Shown: positions 1 through 12,500 of the stretch, piece by piece
How the letters are laid out: every line of letters begins with the position of its first letter
Position numbering within the stretch: the first letter of the stretch is position 1
Source of the DNA: Patellaria atrata CBS 101060
Taxonomy: Eukaryota
Direction: 5' to 3'
DNA: 64,000 nt
Assembly (NCBI GenBank): GCA_010093705.1
Contig: MU006103.1
Coordinates: forward strand, 62,001 to 126,000
Position numbers and translations under genes: made by a program
The notes under the pieces: model-generated
The model's input: the letters and a program-made list of their open reading frames with translations, nothing else
Database searches by the model: none
What the model was told of the DNA's origin: nothing

Positions 1-1756
1 CTGCAAGAGATGCCGTCTCGATGTCTCTGGCTCGCTGCCAGAATTTCATCATTGCAGCATTTGATGTAGGAGGTTGATACCGGCCACCGTGAGGTGCAAG
101 GGCAGTTGTCGCATCTATCCATGGGCGGGTCACACTACTATCGGGAATGTTCGAATCTTGAGTGGATTTAGATGGGAAATATCCGCTATCCTCATCTAGA
201 TACTCAACTTCTACATCCGCCGGGGGAGAGTCTGGTTGATCGTCCGCATCATTATCATAATCTTCTCCAAAATCACTCCTTTCATCGATGTAAAGGCCAG
301 GGCCAGGAATCTTTGAGTCATCATAAATCATAGTTTGCACATCAATCCCCGAGGTCCCATTAAAAGTTTCACGAATAGCTACGTCATTCGCACTTTTCGC
401 TCTACGTCTATTCACGATCTTCTTAGAACGTACTCCTGGGTCTGGTGGTGGAGGCTCTCCAGTCTCACTGCCAACCTTACTTCGTGTGAGCCACTCAGCA
501 ACCTCAAGCTTCTTCTCATCAGCTTTTCGTTGTTCTTCTTGTTCCTTGAGTGTAGGCACATAAACATCTGCTAGTTGATGTCTCGTGTCCGGGTCGAGTC
601 CTGCCTGACCTGAGCTGGATGGTATTCGCCATGAACCATCATCATTCCGAAGTGTGGGCTGGACAACATGAGCAAGCTCTGATGTTGATGTGGTAAGATC
701 AATAGTTGGTTCTAGTTGCTCTTCTTCGTCTGAAGAATCATCAACTGGATACGGTGAGAGATGAGTTCCGGATCTTTTACTACCATGACTTCGTTTGCTC
801 CGACTCCGGTTCATCGAGCCTCTGGAGGGTGACTCTTCGCGACTATAATTCTCGACACGAACAATAGGGCTCACAAGGTGTGCAGCCATGATCGGTCCAC
901 TTGCAAGCGAACTACTTGCTGGACTTTCAGTACGGGCTGGACTGTGTTGCTGCTTGTTGCTCGTAACCAGACGTGCATTTAAGGGAGCATTTGCTAGCAT
1001 GGAACCATTGGTCTGAAAAGGGTCGGCTGGCGGTAACTGGGTCGTAGTGGCGTGTGGAGGTGATGAGAAGGACTCATTTTTTAGTCCAGGGCTTGAAGTA
1101 TTTGTCAGGCTTGGAGACAATAGTTGGGATCCAGAATATACTGACGCTGGCGGGATGTGGTGAGTGCTTTGATACTGGAGGGAAGAAGTGTCGTTCATGT
1201 CACTAATTTGAGTACTAGTGGTCAAATAATTGTTATCGTAATCGCTTGGATTTGTGTCGTCGAGGTTAAGCATTGGGCCAAATTGGGTGTCAAGAAATTG
1301 ATCATCGAATGTCGGGGTGGTGTAATGACTATTGTAATCCGCGTAATTAGGGTCAGATAGATATCCTTCAGAGCTCAACTGTTCTGTAATCGAACCCGAT
1401 GGCGAAAAGGTTGATTGAGCTTGAGATAAAGGGATCATATCCGGTTGTTGCAAATAATTGTTTGACTGAGAAAGGAAATTCTGGTTTGCTAGATCGGATG
1501 CAGTGAAAGCGTATGAATTTTCAGACTGAGAAATGCCTTGCACTCTGCCATTGGGATCAGTGAAATCCCCTTGTGGGAAACTATGGATATCCATCGAAGG
1601 ATTCTGGTTCCCCGTAAAGGACAAACTAGCGGACGGATCCGCCGGAAAATGACTCTCTAGAGCTTGGTCGGGAATGAAGTTGATATTCTGGTGGTTGGAG
1701 TTCTGATGTAAACGCTCATGGCTGTTCTGCCTCTTGGTATTCATTTGAGCTGACAT
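1..1756 (-). CDS. 5' part of a large Ser/Pro/Gln-rich conserved fungal protein, probably a C2H2 zinc-finger transcription factor (runs off the window start)
   Basis: ATG at 1756 (MSAQMNTKRQNSHE...); segments I translated by hand stay in one frame to position 2 (585 codons). Absent from the ORF track because there is no stop in the window. Motifs SPIVRVENYSREESP, AGLDPDTR..TLKEQEEQRKADEKKLEVAEWL and QPPTSNAAMMKFWQRARDIETASLA resemble a Pezizomycotina C2H2 family from recall; the fingers themselves would lie outside the window. Confidence 0.75.
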   Translation of the reverse strand, partial: MSAQMNTKRQNSHERLHQNSNHQNINFIPDQALESHFPADPSASLSFTGNQNPSMDIHSFPQGDFTDPNGRVQGISQSENSYAFTASDLANQNFLSQSNNYLQQPDMIPLSQAQSTFSPSGSITEQLSSEGYLSDPNYADYNSHYTTPTFDDQFLDTQFGPMLNLDDTNPSDYDNNYLTTSTQISDMNDTSSLQYQSTHHIPPASVYSGSQLLSPSLTNTSSPGLKNESFSSPPHATTTQLPPADPFQTNGSMLANAPLNARLVTSNKQQHSPARTESPASSSLASGPIMAAHLVSPIVRVENYSREESPSRGSMNRSRSKRSHGSKRSGTHLSPYPVDDSSDEEEQLEPTIDLTTSTSELAHVVQPTLRNDDGSWRIPSSSGQAGLDPDTRHQLADVYVPTLKEQEEQRKADEKKLEVAEWLTRSKVGSETGEPPPPDPGVRSKKIVNRRRAKSANDVAIRETFNGTSGIDVQTMIYDDSKIPGPGLYIDERSDFGEDYDNDADDQPDSPPADVEVEYLDEDSGYFPSKSTQDSNIPDSSVTRPWIDATTALAPHGGRYQPPTSNAAMMKFWQRARDIETASLA

Positions 1757-1921
1757 ATTGGTAACTGATAAATTGGCAACAACAGCCTAGACGCTCATTA
1801 CTGTACAATACCTATTTGATTTCATTGTAAGTAAACACCAGGGATTTATATTCAACATTAGAGAGGGAGTATGTACCAGGTATAAGTTCGATCATCTGCG
1901 ACTCATATTACGGCGCCATTC

Positions 1922-1950
1922 GAGGGGCACGAGGGGGCACGAGGGGGCAC
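1922..1950 (+). repeat. Near-perfect 10-bp tandem repeat (GAGGGGGCAC x3)
   Basis: gaggggcac gagggggcac gagggggcac read directly; each unit contains AGGGG/CCCCT (STRE-like). Confidence 0.85.
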
Positions 1951-3478
1951 GACGTCTATTAAGCGGGACGCGAAACTGAATCACCACGAGAGAAAGAGGA
2001 CGAGAACAAAAAGAGGAAGTGAGAAGGAAAGCACAAGACCTGAAAAATTATACAGGCGAAAGTGTCAACGGTGATCTGTTGGTAAAGTCTTTCGCGTTGG
2101 ACGGCGACAGCGGTTGTGCTGTAATGGGCGCGATTGGCCAAGGTAGCCTAAGCCGCAGTAAATAGCCACGCTGCTGGGGATACAATCCGTTGGTACAACA
2201 GATGGTGAGTTTCTAGAACTGCTTTGGAAACATTTAGCGGGAGAACAGTAAGACGTCGACACTTGATAGTAGAATCGTTGACCAGAGCGTCAGAAGAGAA
2301 TATGCTCTAGGAGTGTGATAGATGTGAAGTCCTTGTGCACAGGAACGCCTGTCGCGCGATGGCTGTCATACAAGGCTGATCGCGAGGCGGGCTTATGTGA
2401 TTTATCTCGCCAAGTTTTCGGGGGAAAGCGACTGACAGGCGCACTAATAAACACAGTAAGTAGTATAGTATGAAAAGACTGAAGGTACTATATGGTATCT
2501 TGAAGATATCTGAAAGATATCACCTTAAGAGACTAGAAATCTAGCCTAGGGTTTCAAGGCATAAAACATCAAGCGTCAATGCAATCAATACGATATTTGG
2601 TGTGAGCGCGGTCTGAGCCTTTTGACGAGGCGCATTTGGAGTTTTGGACGTTTTAACAAAGATCTGTTTCAAGGTGTATTCCTCGATCCCTCGACCATTC
2701 AATTGGAGTAGAATCGCTCCGCCACCTTGCGTCAATATCCATTACCCAATTTAGTCGTGAGGAAGTCGTTTATTAAGAGTCAATACTGGAGATCTTTTTG
2801 ACGAAACATGCGTGTATGGTCGTAGCTCAGCCACAGATCCCTAGGGTCATCGATTTATATTGCGGGTTGTGTGACCTTGTACATTGTCCACAGCGATAAG
2901 GTCGCGGCGTTTTTTCAACTGCTCAAGTCCTATGACGATGTTAAACGACGTCTACGGTGCTCTGTCACACATTTGACGCGTGGTACTTCGTACATGGTAT
3001 CTAAATATACAGCACATATACGGTTTGAAGGAATCGAGATATAGCCAAAATGCTTTTATCGTAAGCCTCCTTTTCGGTAAGAAGGGGGCCAAAGTGAGAT
3101 AAGCGAACTATGTCAGGAGGTGACATACTCCGTCCGCATAGATCTATGATCAAAGTTGTATGTATATGTGATATACTATATAGATATATATAGAATAGTT
3201 GGTATGCGTTCTTTGAGCCATTGAGACCTCAAAACACGAGTTGAAGAATGACAGAAGCAATGCCATCCAGAGATAGCTGAACTAAATCATTTCTCCTAGG
3301 TGACACAGCACTTGAAGTTGTCGTAATCAGCGCTCCTACTAACAGTCTAGAAGATGCTAATGAAGCTTGTCCGATATATGAGGTTCACACTGAAGAAGGT
3401 GACGGTATGTTGCTGGATCTTCAGATCCAGTATTATTCCCTGGTGTGGTGATGTTGGTCGAAACGTCAAGGAAACCCA

Positions 3479-4543
3479 TCACCTAATTCGGAAATAGGTG
3501 AGCGGTGATTCAATAACGTCGCTTTTAAGAAGGGAAATGCTCCCCTGTCTAAACTGTACAGAAGGTCGTTGATTGATACACTGTTTGATGTCAGTACCTT
3601 CGCATCGTTCATAAATATTCACCATTCCTAATGCCGTTGCGATTAGGTTATCCGTCCCGATCATGTAACAAATTTCCATCTTTGAAATTACTGGTATATA
3701 AAGAGCCTGGAATTCCATGTTGGGTGACAATGGAAAGAAGATGCATCAGAGTAACCTCTGCACTTCTGGCGATCCTGGGTCTATAAACGCAGCGTCGATA
3801 GGAAAATTGCAGGTAGTTCCCGGTACAGAATTTTTTCCATCGACTACACCGGCCCTGTCAAGTCCTTCAGCCATGACCGTTAACCTAGCATACTCCATTG
3901 AGTTCGTCTGAGTTGAGGGTAAGGTTTGGAATCCGTGACCCATCAGTGGCTGGTCTAGAGGGAGGAACGATAATAAGTTGTGTACCCATCGGAAATGTAG
4001 AAGAACCTACCGTGGATCCAGAGTTTCGACGTTAACCCGGTTGCAAAGTCCAGATTGAATAAGTGAGGTCTAATTCAGTTTGTCTTTGTACGAATACGGT
4101 GCCTGGGTTTTCGACCTTTGCAAAGACAACTTCCCCAGCTCCACCGGTCGGACCTGTGCCACGGTTGCTGTACTTTGTATCCTTGAGCAATGTCTCGAAT
4201 GTCGCACCGTCCTGGTTACGGAATCTCGACGATTGAACATCGCCCAGTAGAGTGTGGTACGAGATAACAACAGACTTCACCGCTGGTCCTACAGCTGAGA
4301 ACTCCACAACGGAATCTCTTGCATATTTTCAAAAGCACCGTCACTCAGTATTAGTACAGTATGAATGCTATCAGTCGATGTTACACTTGTGAAAAGGCCA
4401 CGAATGATGGAATCATTTGAAAGTAGTTCTCTGAATTTGGAAAGCTGAGAAAATTGTTCAGTCGCATTAGGAAGACTTAGTGACGAAACATAATATATGA
4501 ACAACGAAAGACAGCTTAGAGAAAGAAAAAGAAGACTCATCAT
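3479..4543 (-). pseudogene. Fragmented or multi-exon putative secreted-protein gene, possibly decayed
   Basis: Signal-peptide-like start MMSLLFLSLSCLSLFIYYVSS at 4543, followed by a chain of protein-like ORF pieces (4032-4307, 3746-3943, 3479-3730) in different frames. One plausible GT..AG intron near 3958-4011. I could not build a clean gene model. Confidence 0.3.
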
Positions 4544-5366
4544 GACTTGTGCCAATGGATATAACTGACAAATATTGCTTCCCATGGAGAGATTGCGGCC
4601 TTCACGGTGGTAAAATTGTTTTTATACTTCTACCATCCTGTACCTGCAGTCTAGAAAATATCTATCCTCAAAGACACAGATTATCATCTTCCAAGTGCAT
4701 AAATAGCAATTTTCTCTGGGCGATATAAGTCAGCATATTCTCCTTCTGGCACCTCATGGAGAAGTATTCTATAGGACTCATGCAGCAGGAGTCCTCATGG
4801 GCGAAAGCCATCCTCTATCCTATCAAGTCTTCGTTAGTGTCATCGAGGAGTACAATGGATATCGCGGTAAGATTGAAGTTTTGCTCGTACAGAGTCATGG
4901 TGGGAAAAAAAAGAGGAAGCTTCCCTTGTTCCTTGTTCTATCATTCCGTGAGCCTTGGCGGTCTCCCTGCAGGCACCACCAGTTACCTCCACTTCGGGCG
5001 CTCATGCGGAAAACTCGCGACCACGTTCCCCAGATGGATCTCGGATGGATGGAACTGTACACCAAAGCAGTAGACATACGCGGGAGTGGGTTAATAACAC
5101 CTCAAGCTAAGTATTCATCTTCAATTTTCTTCCTTTTCCTCTGCTGAGAATCTCATCATGGGCAAGTAAGCATTTCTTCAATTTGTATCTTGACTGAGGT
5201 GTTCATTTGCTCCCCACTTGCATGTGACAGTAGCCGCGCTGGTCGATCAGTTCGAAGCATTCTGCATCATAAGGTAGTCCCTGTAAAACTACTCCACACA
5301 TATTCGATCCTCAGCAAGCATTTCCTCCTCTCTCTTACCTTTGTATTACAAGTCCACTTCCTCAAA

Positions 5367-6542
5367 ATGGTCCAGTATATTCCTCCACCCGATACATCTC
5401 TCCTCCAACCGCTTCTGGCCTGCTTGCCGACTGCCTTTGTCTCGTCACGTCCTCCCCCCGCTTTACGACCTATCCTCTCACCCATATTACGACAAAGAAC
5501 ACAGTTACTCTCAGGTTCAAACCATTCCTCAGATTCCTGGCTTCTACTGCTATCATGGGATCCACAGCGTGCGGCGAAACTCCCAGCCCTCGTCGAAAAC
5601 ATTCAAATCGAACCACATCCAGTATCCGGAGAAATAGAGCTTAGTGAAGTCAAGGATATCAAGTATAGGAGGCTCGATTCGGAAACACTCCACGCGAGAG
5701 TACCACTTGATCAGTTCGACCTTCTTCCAATATTCCTTTGGTGCATGAATGATGAGGTGGGAGGTGGCAACGGCTGGAGGCTAGCAGAGCTTCGTGCTTT
5801 AGAAGACATTGACGATGGTACAGAGTGGTTCGATACCATGACTGAAGCTACTGATGCTAGCAAGAATTCTTTCTCGAACGGCACGAACGCAGTGAACGGG
5901 ACGAACGGGAGCTCCGCGGAGCAAGAGAAGGATGAAGACGACGATGATGACTACTGGGCATCATACGATAGAACCCCAGGCCGAACACCAGCCCAAAAGC
6001 GATCACCAGCACCTGGCTCAACGTCAGTACAACTACCCACACGCTCAGAGATCGAATACTGGACACGCTATGCCACAGAAGTCCAACCTGCAATGGACGC
6101 TGAGGACCCAGACGAGGCGGGACCAGGGCCCGGACAGTCCACCTTGAGCGGGAACGAGCTGACATCCAGAGTATTGAGAGAACCCCAAGTCGAGCCGACA
6201 GCCACGACAAATCTCGGACCACAAGGATACGACTCTTCACTACCCCCTCCATTTGTAAATAGCGATGCCACCATTTCAAACGGACATCCTACGATAGAGC
6301 AGAGTGAAATCGAGCATCCTCGACCGTCGTCTTCAGCATCGTCGCTATCTGGATCTGTAGAAAAATTAGAACAGCAAGCCGCTAATCAGACGCAAGCTGA
6401 GATCGGAATCAAAAACCATATCAGCACGGATATTAAGAGTTTGTTTCGCTTAGCTAGATCAGCTGGTATTCCACGGGAGGAATTCGAAAGGATTGTGAAG
6501 ACAGAATTGGATGTTCTTACGATGTTAGAGAATGACGATTGA
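5367..6542 (+). CDS. Conserved hypothetical fungal protein (391 aa)
   Basis: Single ORF; likely start MVQYIPPPDTSLLQPLLACLPTAF at 5367. Has an acidic DDDDDYWASYD stretch and a C-terminal HISTDIKSLFRLARSAGIPREEFERIV helix. Confidence 0.85.
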   Translation: MVQYIPPPDTSLLQPLLACLPTAFVSSRPPPALRPILSPILRQRTQLLSGSNHSSDSWLLLLSWDPQRAAKLPALVENIQIEPHPVSGEIELSEVKDIKYRRLDSETLHARVPLDQFDLLPIFLWCMNDEVGGGNGWRLAELRALEDIDDGTEWFDTMTEATDASKNSFSNGTNAVNGTNGSSAEQEKDEDDDDDYWASYDRTPGRTPAQKRSPAPGSTSVQLPTRSEIEYWTRYATEVQPAMDAEDPDEAGPGPGQSTLSGNELTSRVLREPQVEPTATTNLGPQGYDSSLPPPFVNSDATISNGHPTIEQSEIEHPRPSSSASSLSGSVEKLEQQAANQTQAEIGIKNHISTDIKSLFRLARSAGIPREEFERIVKTELDVLTMLENDD

Positions 6543-6899
6543 ATATAAATACTATGTTCAGGTATACTAACCAATTGGCTACGCTGTCTTGGCAATGTAT
6601 ATATTTTCCCGTCTCGGCGTACTTTACTCCCCGTATTTCAGGTGTAATGGTGTATATCTGGTAGCATATGGAAGCTTAGCGACCGCTTTTCGGCGGCTTC
6701 AAGTTGAGGCACTTCTTGGTTACACTATGTTGTTATGTCTTATGAGGGTATCATTTATAGCATCTATGAAACAGAACTAGTAGCTTATGGAATCTCTTTA
6801 TAAGCCAGAATCCGATCCATCCAGTTTTCCACATCATCAATTGTGCCTCCCGACCCTTTGGGTCATAGTTCCATAATGCCCTTGAAAACTTTTTTTTTC

Positions 6900-7714
6900 T
6901 CACACCTTCCGCTTCCTCGTTGGTGGACTTCTCCCATCTCCCACCCCACTCGCCATCCCCTTCTCCTCATTCACATTCCCCCTCCCAATCTCCTCCACCA
7001 CGTTCGACGGATCTTGCTCCCCTATCAACGGCACCTCAGACGCAAGCCACTGCTGAAACGGCTTCGCGACAAAATATCCCTCAGAAGTAAACCAGCGGGT
7101 AAAAGACGCCTGGATCTGAATCTCCTGGGGCTTGCCCTTCTCCGAGTCGTAATCCACGGTCAGGAAGTAGATAGGTTTGTGTTTTTCTGTGCGGGAGGAT
7201 ATACGGATCTATGTGAGATTGTTAGGACCAATGTAGAAGCCAGATTCTTGACGTCACTCCTCAATTGTGCCCCAAACTACATATTACCCCGCCGAGATAG
7301 AGTAGGGAGTTTAAACCCACCTTTCGCCCCCCTACGTCCCCCATGAACACAACGCCCCTCTCCACCCTCCATATCCACCACGTGAACGCCCCGTTCAGTA
7401 TGAAGTAGGCCACCACTGCCGGTAGGGTATAGGGTTTTGTCACATCCCACCCCTGCTTCCAGTCGAAGTAGAATAGTGCCCCCGAGATGAGCACGGCGGT
7501 GTAGCCGAGGAGTAAACGGACGTCGGTGAGTTTGTGGGATTGTTTGAATTGGAGGGAGGAGAGGTAGTTTGGGAGCGCGTCGTCGGTGGTGTTTTTGAGG
7601 TCTGGGAATCATAAGTACGATACAATACACCTTAGGCTGTAGTTTGCAGGTGGAGAGATGAGAATGGTACATACCGGAGACGGAGTAGACGGCGATTTTG
7701 GCTGGGGCTGACAT
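6900..7714 (-). CDS. SPC2: Signal peptidase complex subunit 2 (SPC25 family)
   Basis: Three exons (7714-7675, 7601-7321, 7208-6900) give MSAPAKIAVYSVSDLKNTTDDALPNYLSSL..TDVRLLLGYTAV..two TM helices..FTRWFTSEGYF, the SPC25 signature. Confidence 0.93.
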
Positions 7715-7966
7715 GACTATGACCGTAAGTTGAAGGGGATTGACAGTGTAGAATTAAAAGTAGGAATTTTAGAGGAATTGCAGAGCTCCCCTCGTGTTGT
7801 TAGAATCGTCTGAAGCTCCAGCAATGTGTTCACAAAAGTGCTAGGATATGGCCATTACGGCCGCCGCATCGTACCACCCACGCACAAATATTGTTCAACC
7901 TCCCGCTCAGATACCATCAAGCTATCACCACCACGTCCCCAATTCTAGCTATAAAACCAGCACAAG

Positions 7967-8965
7967 ATGGCTCAACCGGTGGTGCAAACGATCCACAGGG
8001 ATCCAGCTCTCTTGTCCGTCCTCCCCATCTCCTTACAACAATCTAGCTAATGCACACTCAGCTACTGGATCCTGCTCCCTATCACCATCGTCATGGTACA
8101 AACCTCTCACTCTCCCCCCGAAAGAACCAACCACTTAACACCATCAGATCCTCACCGGTATCCTCCGCCACTACGCCATGATCCTACTCCAATCCCCCCC
8201 AAAAAAGCAACCCCTCCCCAAACTCCGTGAGGCCCGCGCTCTCATGCGCGGCATCAACCTCCGCAACAACAACGCCGTGCTCTCCCCCTCCTCCTTCAGA
8301 GCGCGCAAAGCCGTGACGATCCAGGCGTTCAAGGAAGGCGCTTTCCTCGCCGACCCGGACGCGAAGGGGAAGCCGAAGGGGAACCCGATGACGGACCCGG
8401 CGATGATGGAGGGCATGATGGGCATGATGAAGGGGAATGTGGCCATGATGGTCCCGCAGACGCTCATTATGGGGTGGATTAATGCGTTCTTTTCCGGGTT
8501 TGTGATTAGTATGTTGCCCTTCCCTTCTTCGGGGTGTTTTGGGGAATTAGAGCGCTGATTGATTTGCTGCCCAGTGAAACTCCCCTTCCCCTTAACCCCC
8601 CAGTTCAAATCGATGCTCCAGTCCGGCGTCGGAACCCGTGATCTTGACGTCCGCTGGGTCTCAAGTCTGAGCTGGTATTTTTTGACACTGTTTGGATTGC
8701 AGCCGGTGTATAACTTCATATTGGGGAGTAATAATTGTGAGAACCCCCCCTCCCCCAACGTACTCTTGAGAACTGTGACTAACCCATGGAAGCTGCATCT
8801 CAAATGTCCCAACAAATGGCCCAAATGCCCGGCGCGGGTCCCATGGGCCCCGAACAAGATCCGGACAAGCTTTTCAACGCTGAGGCGGAGAACCTGGAGG
8901 TCGTGGAGCATCATTGGGTGCTCGAGGGGGTCGAGGACAGGTTGTTAGCGCGGTGGGGGATGTAG
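7967..8965 (+). CDS. EMC3: ER membrane protein complex subunit 3
   Basis: Multi-exon: MAQPVVQTIHRDPAL..YWILLPITIVM..GILRHY..MMGMMKGNVAMMVPQTLIMGWINAFFSGFVI..KLPFPLTPQFKSMLQSGV..DLDVRWVSSLSWYFL..AEAENLEV. Confidence 0.96.
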
Positions 8966-9406
8966 AGGAGATGAAGTTATGGGCATAGACTTATTTAGAG
9001 GATACGCAAAAGTGGTTGTTACCTGTATCTTAGAAGCTTATCTTTAAAATTCGAGGACGGTATAATTCCCCTTACGCAATGTGTGGATGGATGGGATATA
9101 CAAGGCTCGGTTGAGGTGTCTAACTAACTGACTTTTACTTTACGCATATTTTAGTTCGGCTCCAGCTCACAGCAGCACTATCTCACCCCATCCCAGAAGT
9201 AGTCACGTACACTCTAAAAAGTAACTAAAATGCGAACACAGGAAACATCCACCCCGCATATTTCATTTCCACACAAGTATGCCACTCCATCCGTTCGCAT
9301 AACACCTTCACTCACCCTCTCACAAAAGAAAGAAAAGCCCAGATCGGCACAGAACCCCGACAAACGAAAAATATAGAAGTAAGAGGGACCGTACCCCGGA
9401 GCTTGC

Positions 9407-9570
9407 CTACGATCTTCCCTCCGTACAGGCACGTCTGAGGGTTGACACACTGTTCCAGTACAGTACTGTAATCCGATGATGCCGTATTCGGCAGCTTGGG
9501 GGTTAAGGACTCACGTGGGATCCTGATGGGGGTGGTCGATGTGTTCTGGTATACACTGAGGCGACCGCAT
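9407..9570 (-). CDS. Candidate micropeptide gene (MRSPQCIPEHIDHPHQDPT, 19 aa unspliced; 27 aa if intron 9514-9435 is spliced)
   Basis: ATG at 9570 in context CACAATTCAGG-ATG after a C/A-rich leader. Upstream 5'-UTR intron 9944-9701 has GTAAGT donor, CTAAC branch and CAG acceptor. The second intron has a GTGAGT donor but a weak branch site. Confidence 0.35.
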
Positions 9571-12500
9571 CCTGAATTGTGGGGAGTATTGAAGGGAGGG
9601 GAGAGTGAGTTTTTCTTTTTTTTTTTTTGGGATTGATGGGGATGGTTGGTATGTGAGGATTGTGTGGTGGTGTGTACGGCTCTTTCGATGAGGCGGGGGT
9701 CTGTCGGGTTATGTTAGGATGATGTCGAGGTGTCGCGGTTCTCTTGTCGGAGCCGCTGGGAAAGTGCTATTGTCGATGAGGTTGGTTGTCCCGATCGTGC
9801 CGTTCCATACGATTTGATTTTGTTCATGTGGGTTATACCCAATTCCTGGTTGCTGGATAAGAGTCGAGGTGTGGTGTTCGGATCCTCGTCGGGGGTTTAT
9901 TCTATTCTGAGTGTTGCGGAAGATGAGATATTTTGGACACTTACTCTGAAGTGCGTTCTAGGCTTGTCCAGACATTGTGCTCCATGATTAGGAGGTGTGT
10001 CTGGTTCTAAACCCTAGCTATCGCCTTGCGTCAATGAAAAGAAACTTTTGGCTTGAAATCGCTAAAGTTCTGCTTGCAGTTGATGTTACAAAAGAAATAA
10101 TAAGGTATGGATGGCCATACTCATATCAATATTGTTGTGCTGAACGATCTGAAAATAGTGTTGGATATAGGGGTACCTGAGAGTGATAGATTTGAATGAC
10201 TCCTAGACTTAGGAAATTAGGGCCAGAAGAAAATGTCCGGATATTACATATGAGAGAATAAGCTAGCTCTGTGCGAACCTGCAGTCAAAACACCATCGTC
10301 AATAGCTCTTTACTTTCTCTATATCTCTTAGATGGTGGGGGAGATCCATGGTCCATTGGTGTGCTTGATAAGTATGTTGGCCAAGTATTTACTAGAGCGC
10401 TTGTTGGAGGTCAAAGACATGTATGAATCGACCCGTGGGCATCGTTGAGCGAGACGCCGTAGTAACACGTTCGTTGTTTTTATATTTGCTTTTGTATGGC
10501 TTTGGTATCTTTGTAATACCTTGGAGCGTGGAGTGCTTATGCTCTTTGCCCTATTAAAAGAGCAACGGTTTCTGCAGTGGACTGAGGGCAAACTTGACAT
10601 GTGTAACTGTGGAGTAATAGGGTAAACTAGAACAGCGTGGTACCTAAAGCACACAGAAGATAGTTGGGGCAAAACAATAGGTGAGGTAGCTCTATGCAAT
10701 AGTGCCCTGTGCCTGAACTCAGATAGGGAATCATATGTACTTCTTTGGGATAAGTGAACAAAATCAAAGCAACTGTTGAAGATCAAGAGAATGTAGGCAA
10801 ATTGATCGACAACATTGAAAAGCTTGACCATACTTGATGATAAATGAGCAGCAGTTCTAGAGTTCACAGCTTGAAGAGCCGCTTCACAATCTACCAGCGC
10901 AAGGTCTAAACATCCATTCTCATGACAGGGAGTTTTCAAACGACTCAATCTTTCAGTCTCTTGTCAAATCTTCCGGAAAAGGTCCTGAAAATCGAGGTCC
11001 AGAGTCGCAGAGCCTCATGTAGCTTTAAGTCTCGGGATAGGACTTTCTTTTCGGTTCCTGCGGCGTTCTTACAAGCGGCAACGAAGGCGCCTCACGTCGA
11101 AGATCATGATCACAGCCCCCATATTCAGTGATATCCTGGCGGTTGGCTTGACCCGATGAAGCCTGGACTTTGGGTACAACCAGTTGTGGTAATTCTTGTG
11201 AAAGCGGGCGCAGCTATATGCTCGTACAGAGAACTGGGTCGGTAAGAAGTGAAGACGATTGGATCAATCGGCCGACGGGCAAGTTGTTCGTGGGAGCTTC
11301 CACCAGTTCTTTGAGTCCTCAACTCTTGACTCCAGGCAGCAATTCCTACCAAACCCTCAATCCTGAAACAATATATCCCTCCCTCATCGTTTGCATTTTT
11401 AACCATCTCACAGCAAAACGGGGCGAAAAGAGACGAGGCAATGCAGGACAATCCCTGGATACTGGAGCGAGAAGAGCGGGTGATGCCTGATTTGACCTCC
11501 TTTCGATCTGACCTCCAGTGCTGGATTTCTCCCACCCTCCGTCCCACGGTCCCGCCAGTATTTGAGCAGCGGCATGTCATTTCTAGCATTGTATAGCGTA
11601 ACAAGCTTTCGATCTCCTATGCATGGTTGCGTTTTCGACCTTTAGACTCTGGCTGACTTCATACTATACCTTATTTCGCCCTCCATATCCAACAGGCGCC
11701 GGAGAGAGTTTCGGGCTCTGTACTCTGTATGGTCCAAAGAAGAAAAAGTCAAACAGGCTGGAGTTGCTTTACCCCCTTTGTCAGTCGTTTCCATTGTTTT
11801 CACTTTCTCACTCGAGTCACTTCACAGATACAGTCTAGTAAGTACTGTATAGTACAGTCAGTATATAGATGTTTCGTTTCTCATTCTCTTTCTCAGCCCC
11901 CAATGTCCATCATAGCCCCCCTTGCCTGCCAAGTGATGAATTGGCTCAACTCTCAATATCTCCAATTCTCCCCAGCCGCAAATAAAAACCCCCATGTTTT
12001 GCGAACCATCAACATGGTAGAGGTCAAGCCAAGGCAAGGATCGACCCGTGTTAATCCATGATTGAATTGTCTTCTGTCTCGGGGGTAGGTTCTTACCATC
12101 GATTTATGCCCGAATGCACCTGGTGATAATCAGTTGTGTGCTGCACGTCTTGACACAGCTACTTCGCCTGAAAGGCTTGTGTCTGTCCAACCATAACCCA
12201 TGTTCATCTTCCGGTCAACATTAGCTGCAGGGGTCATTTCACAAGCCATTATCTTTGAACATTGGGGCCGGATCTTTTGGTACCTCGAGAATTGCGGCTC
12301 TGCTTGATGTGCCTGAGAGTGCTCTCCCAGTTTGACCATAAATGTCACGGAGGCCATGAGACAATCAAAGATACTGACCATCAATCGACCTCGAGGGCGG
12401 TGCATAACATCGATTCCCCAGACCCTCTACCGTCTCTTCTTGCCTTTCCAGAAAATTCAAGAAGCTCTTATATTTGCTTCGCCTCCTTTCTATCAAGCCA

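Noticed and set aside
4100..4170. GTGPTGGAGEVVFAK as a protein-kinase Gly-rich loop
   Set aside because: No HRD/DFG-type motifs found downstream in the frames examined.
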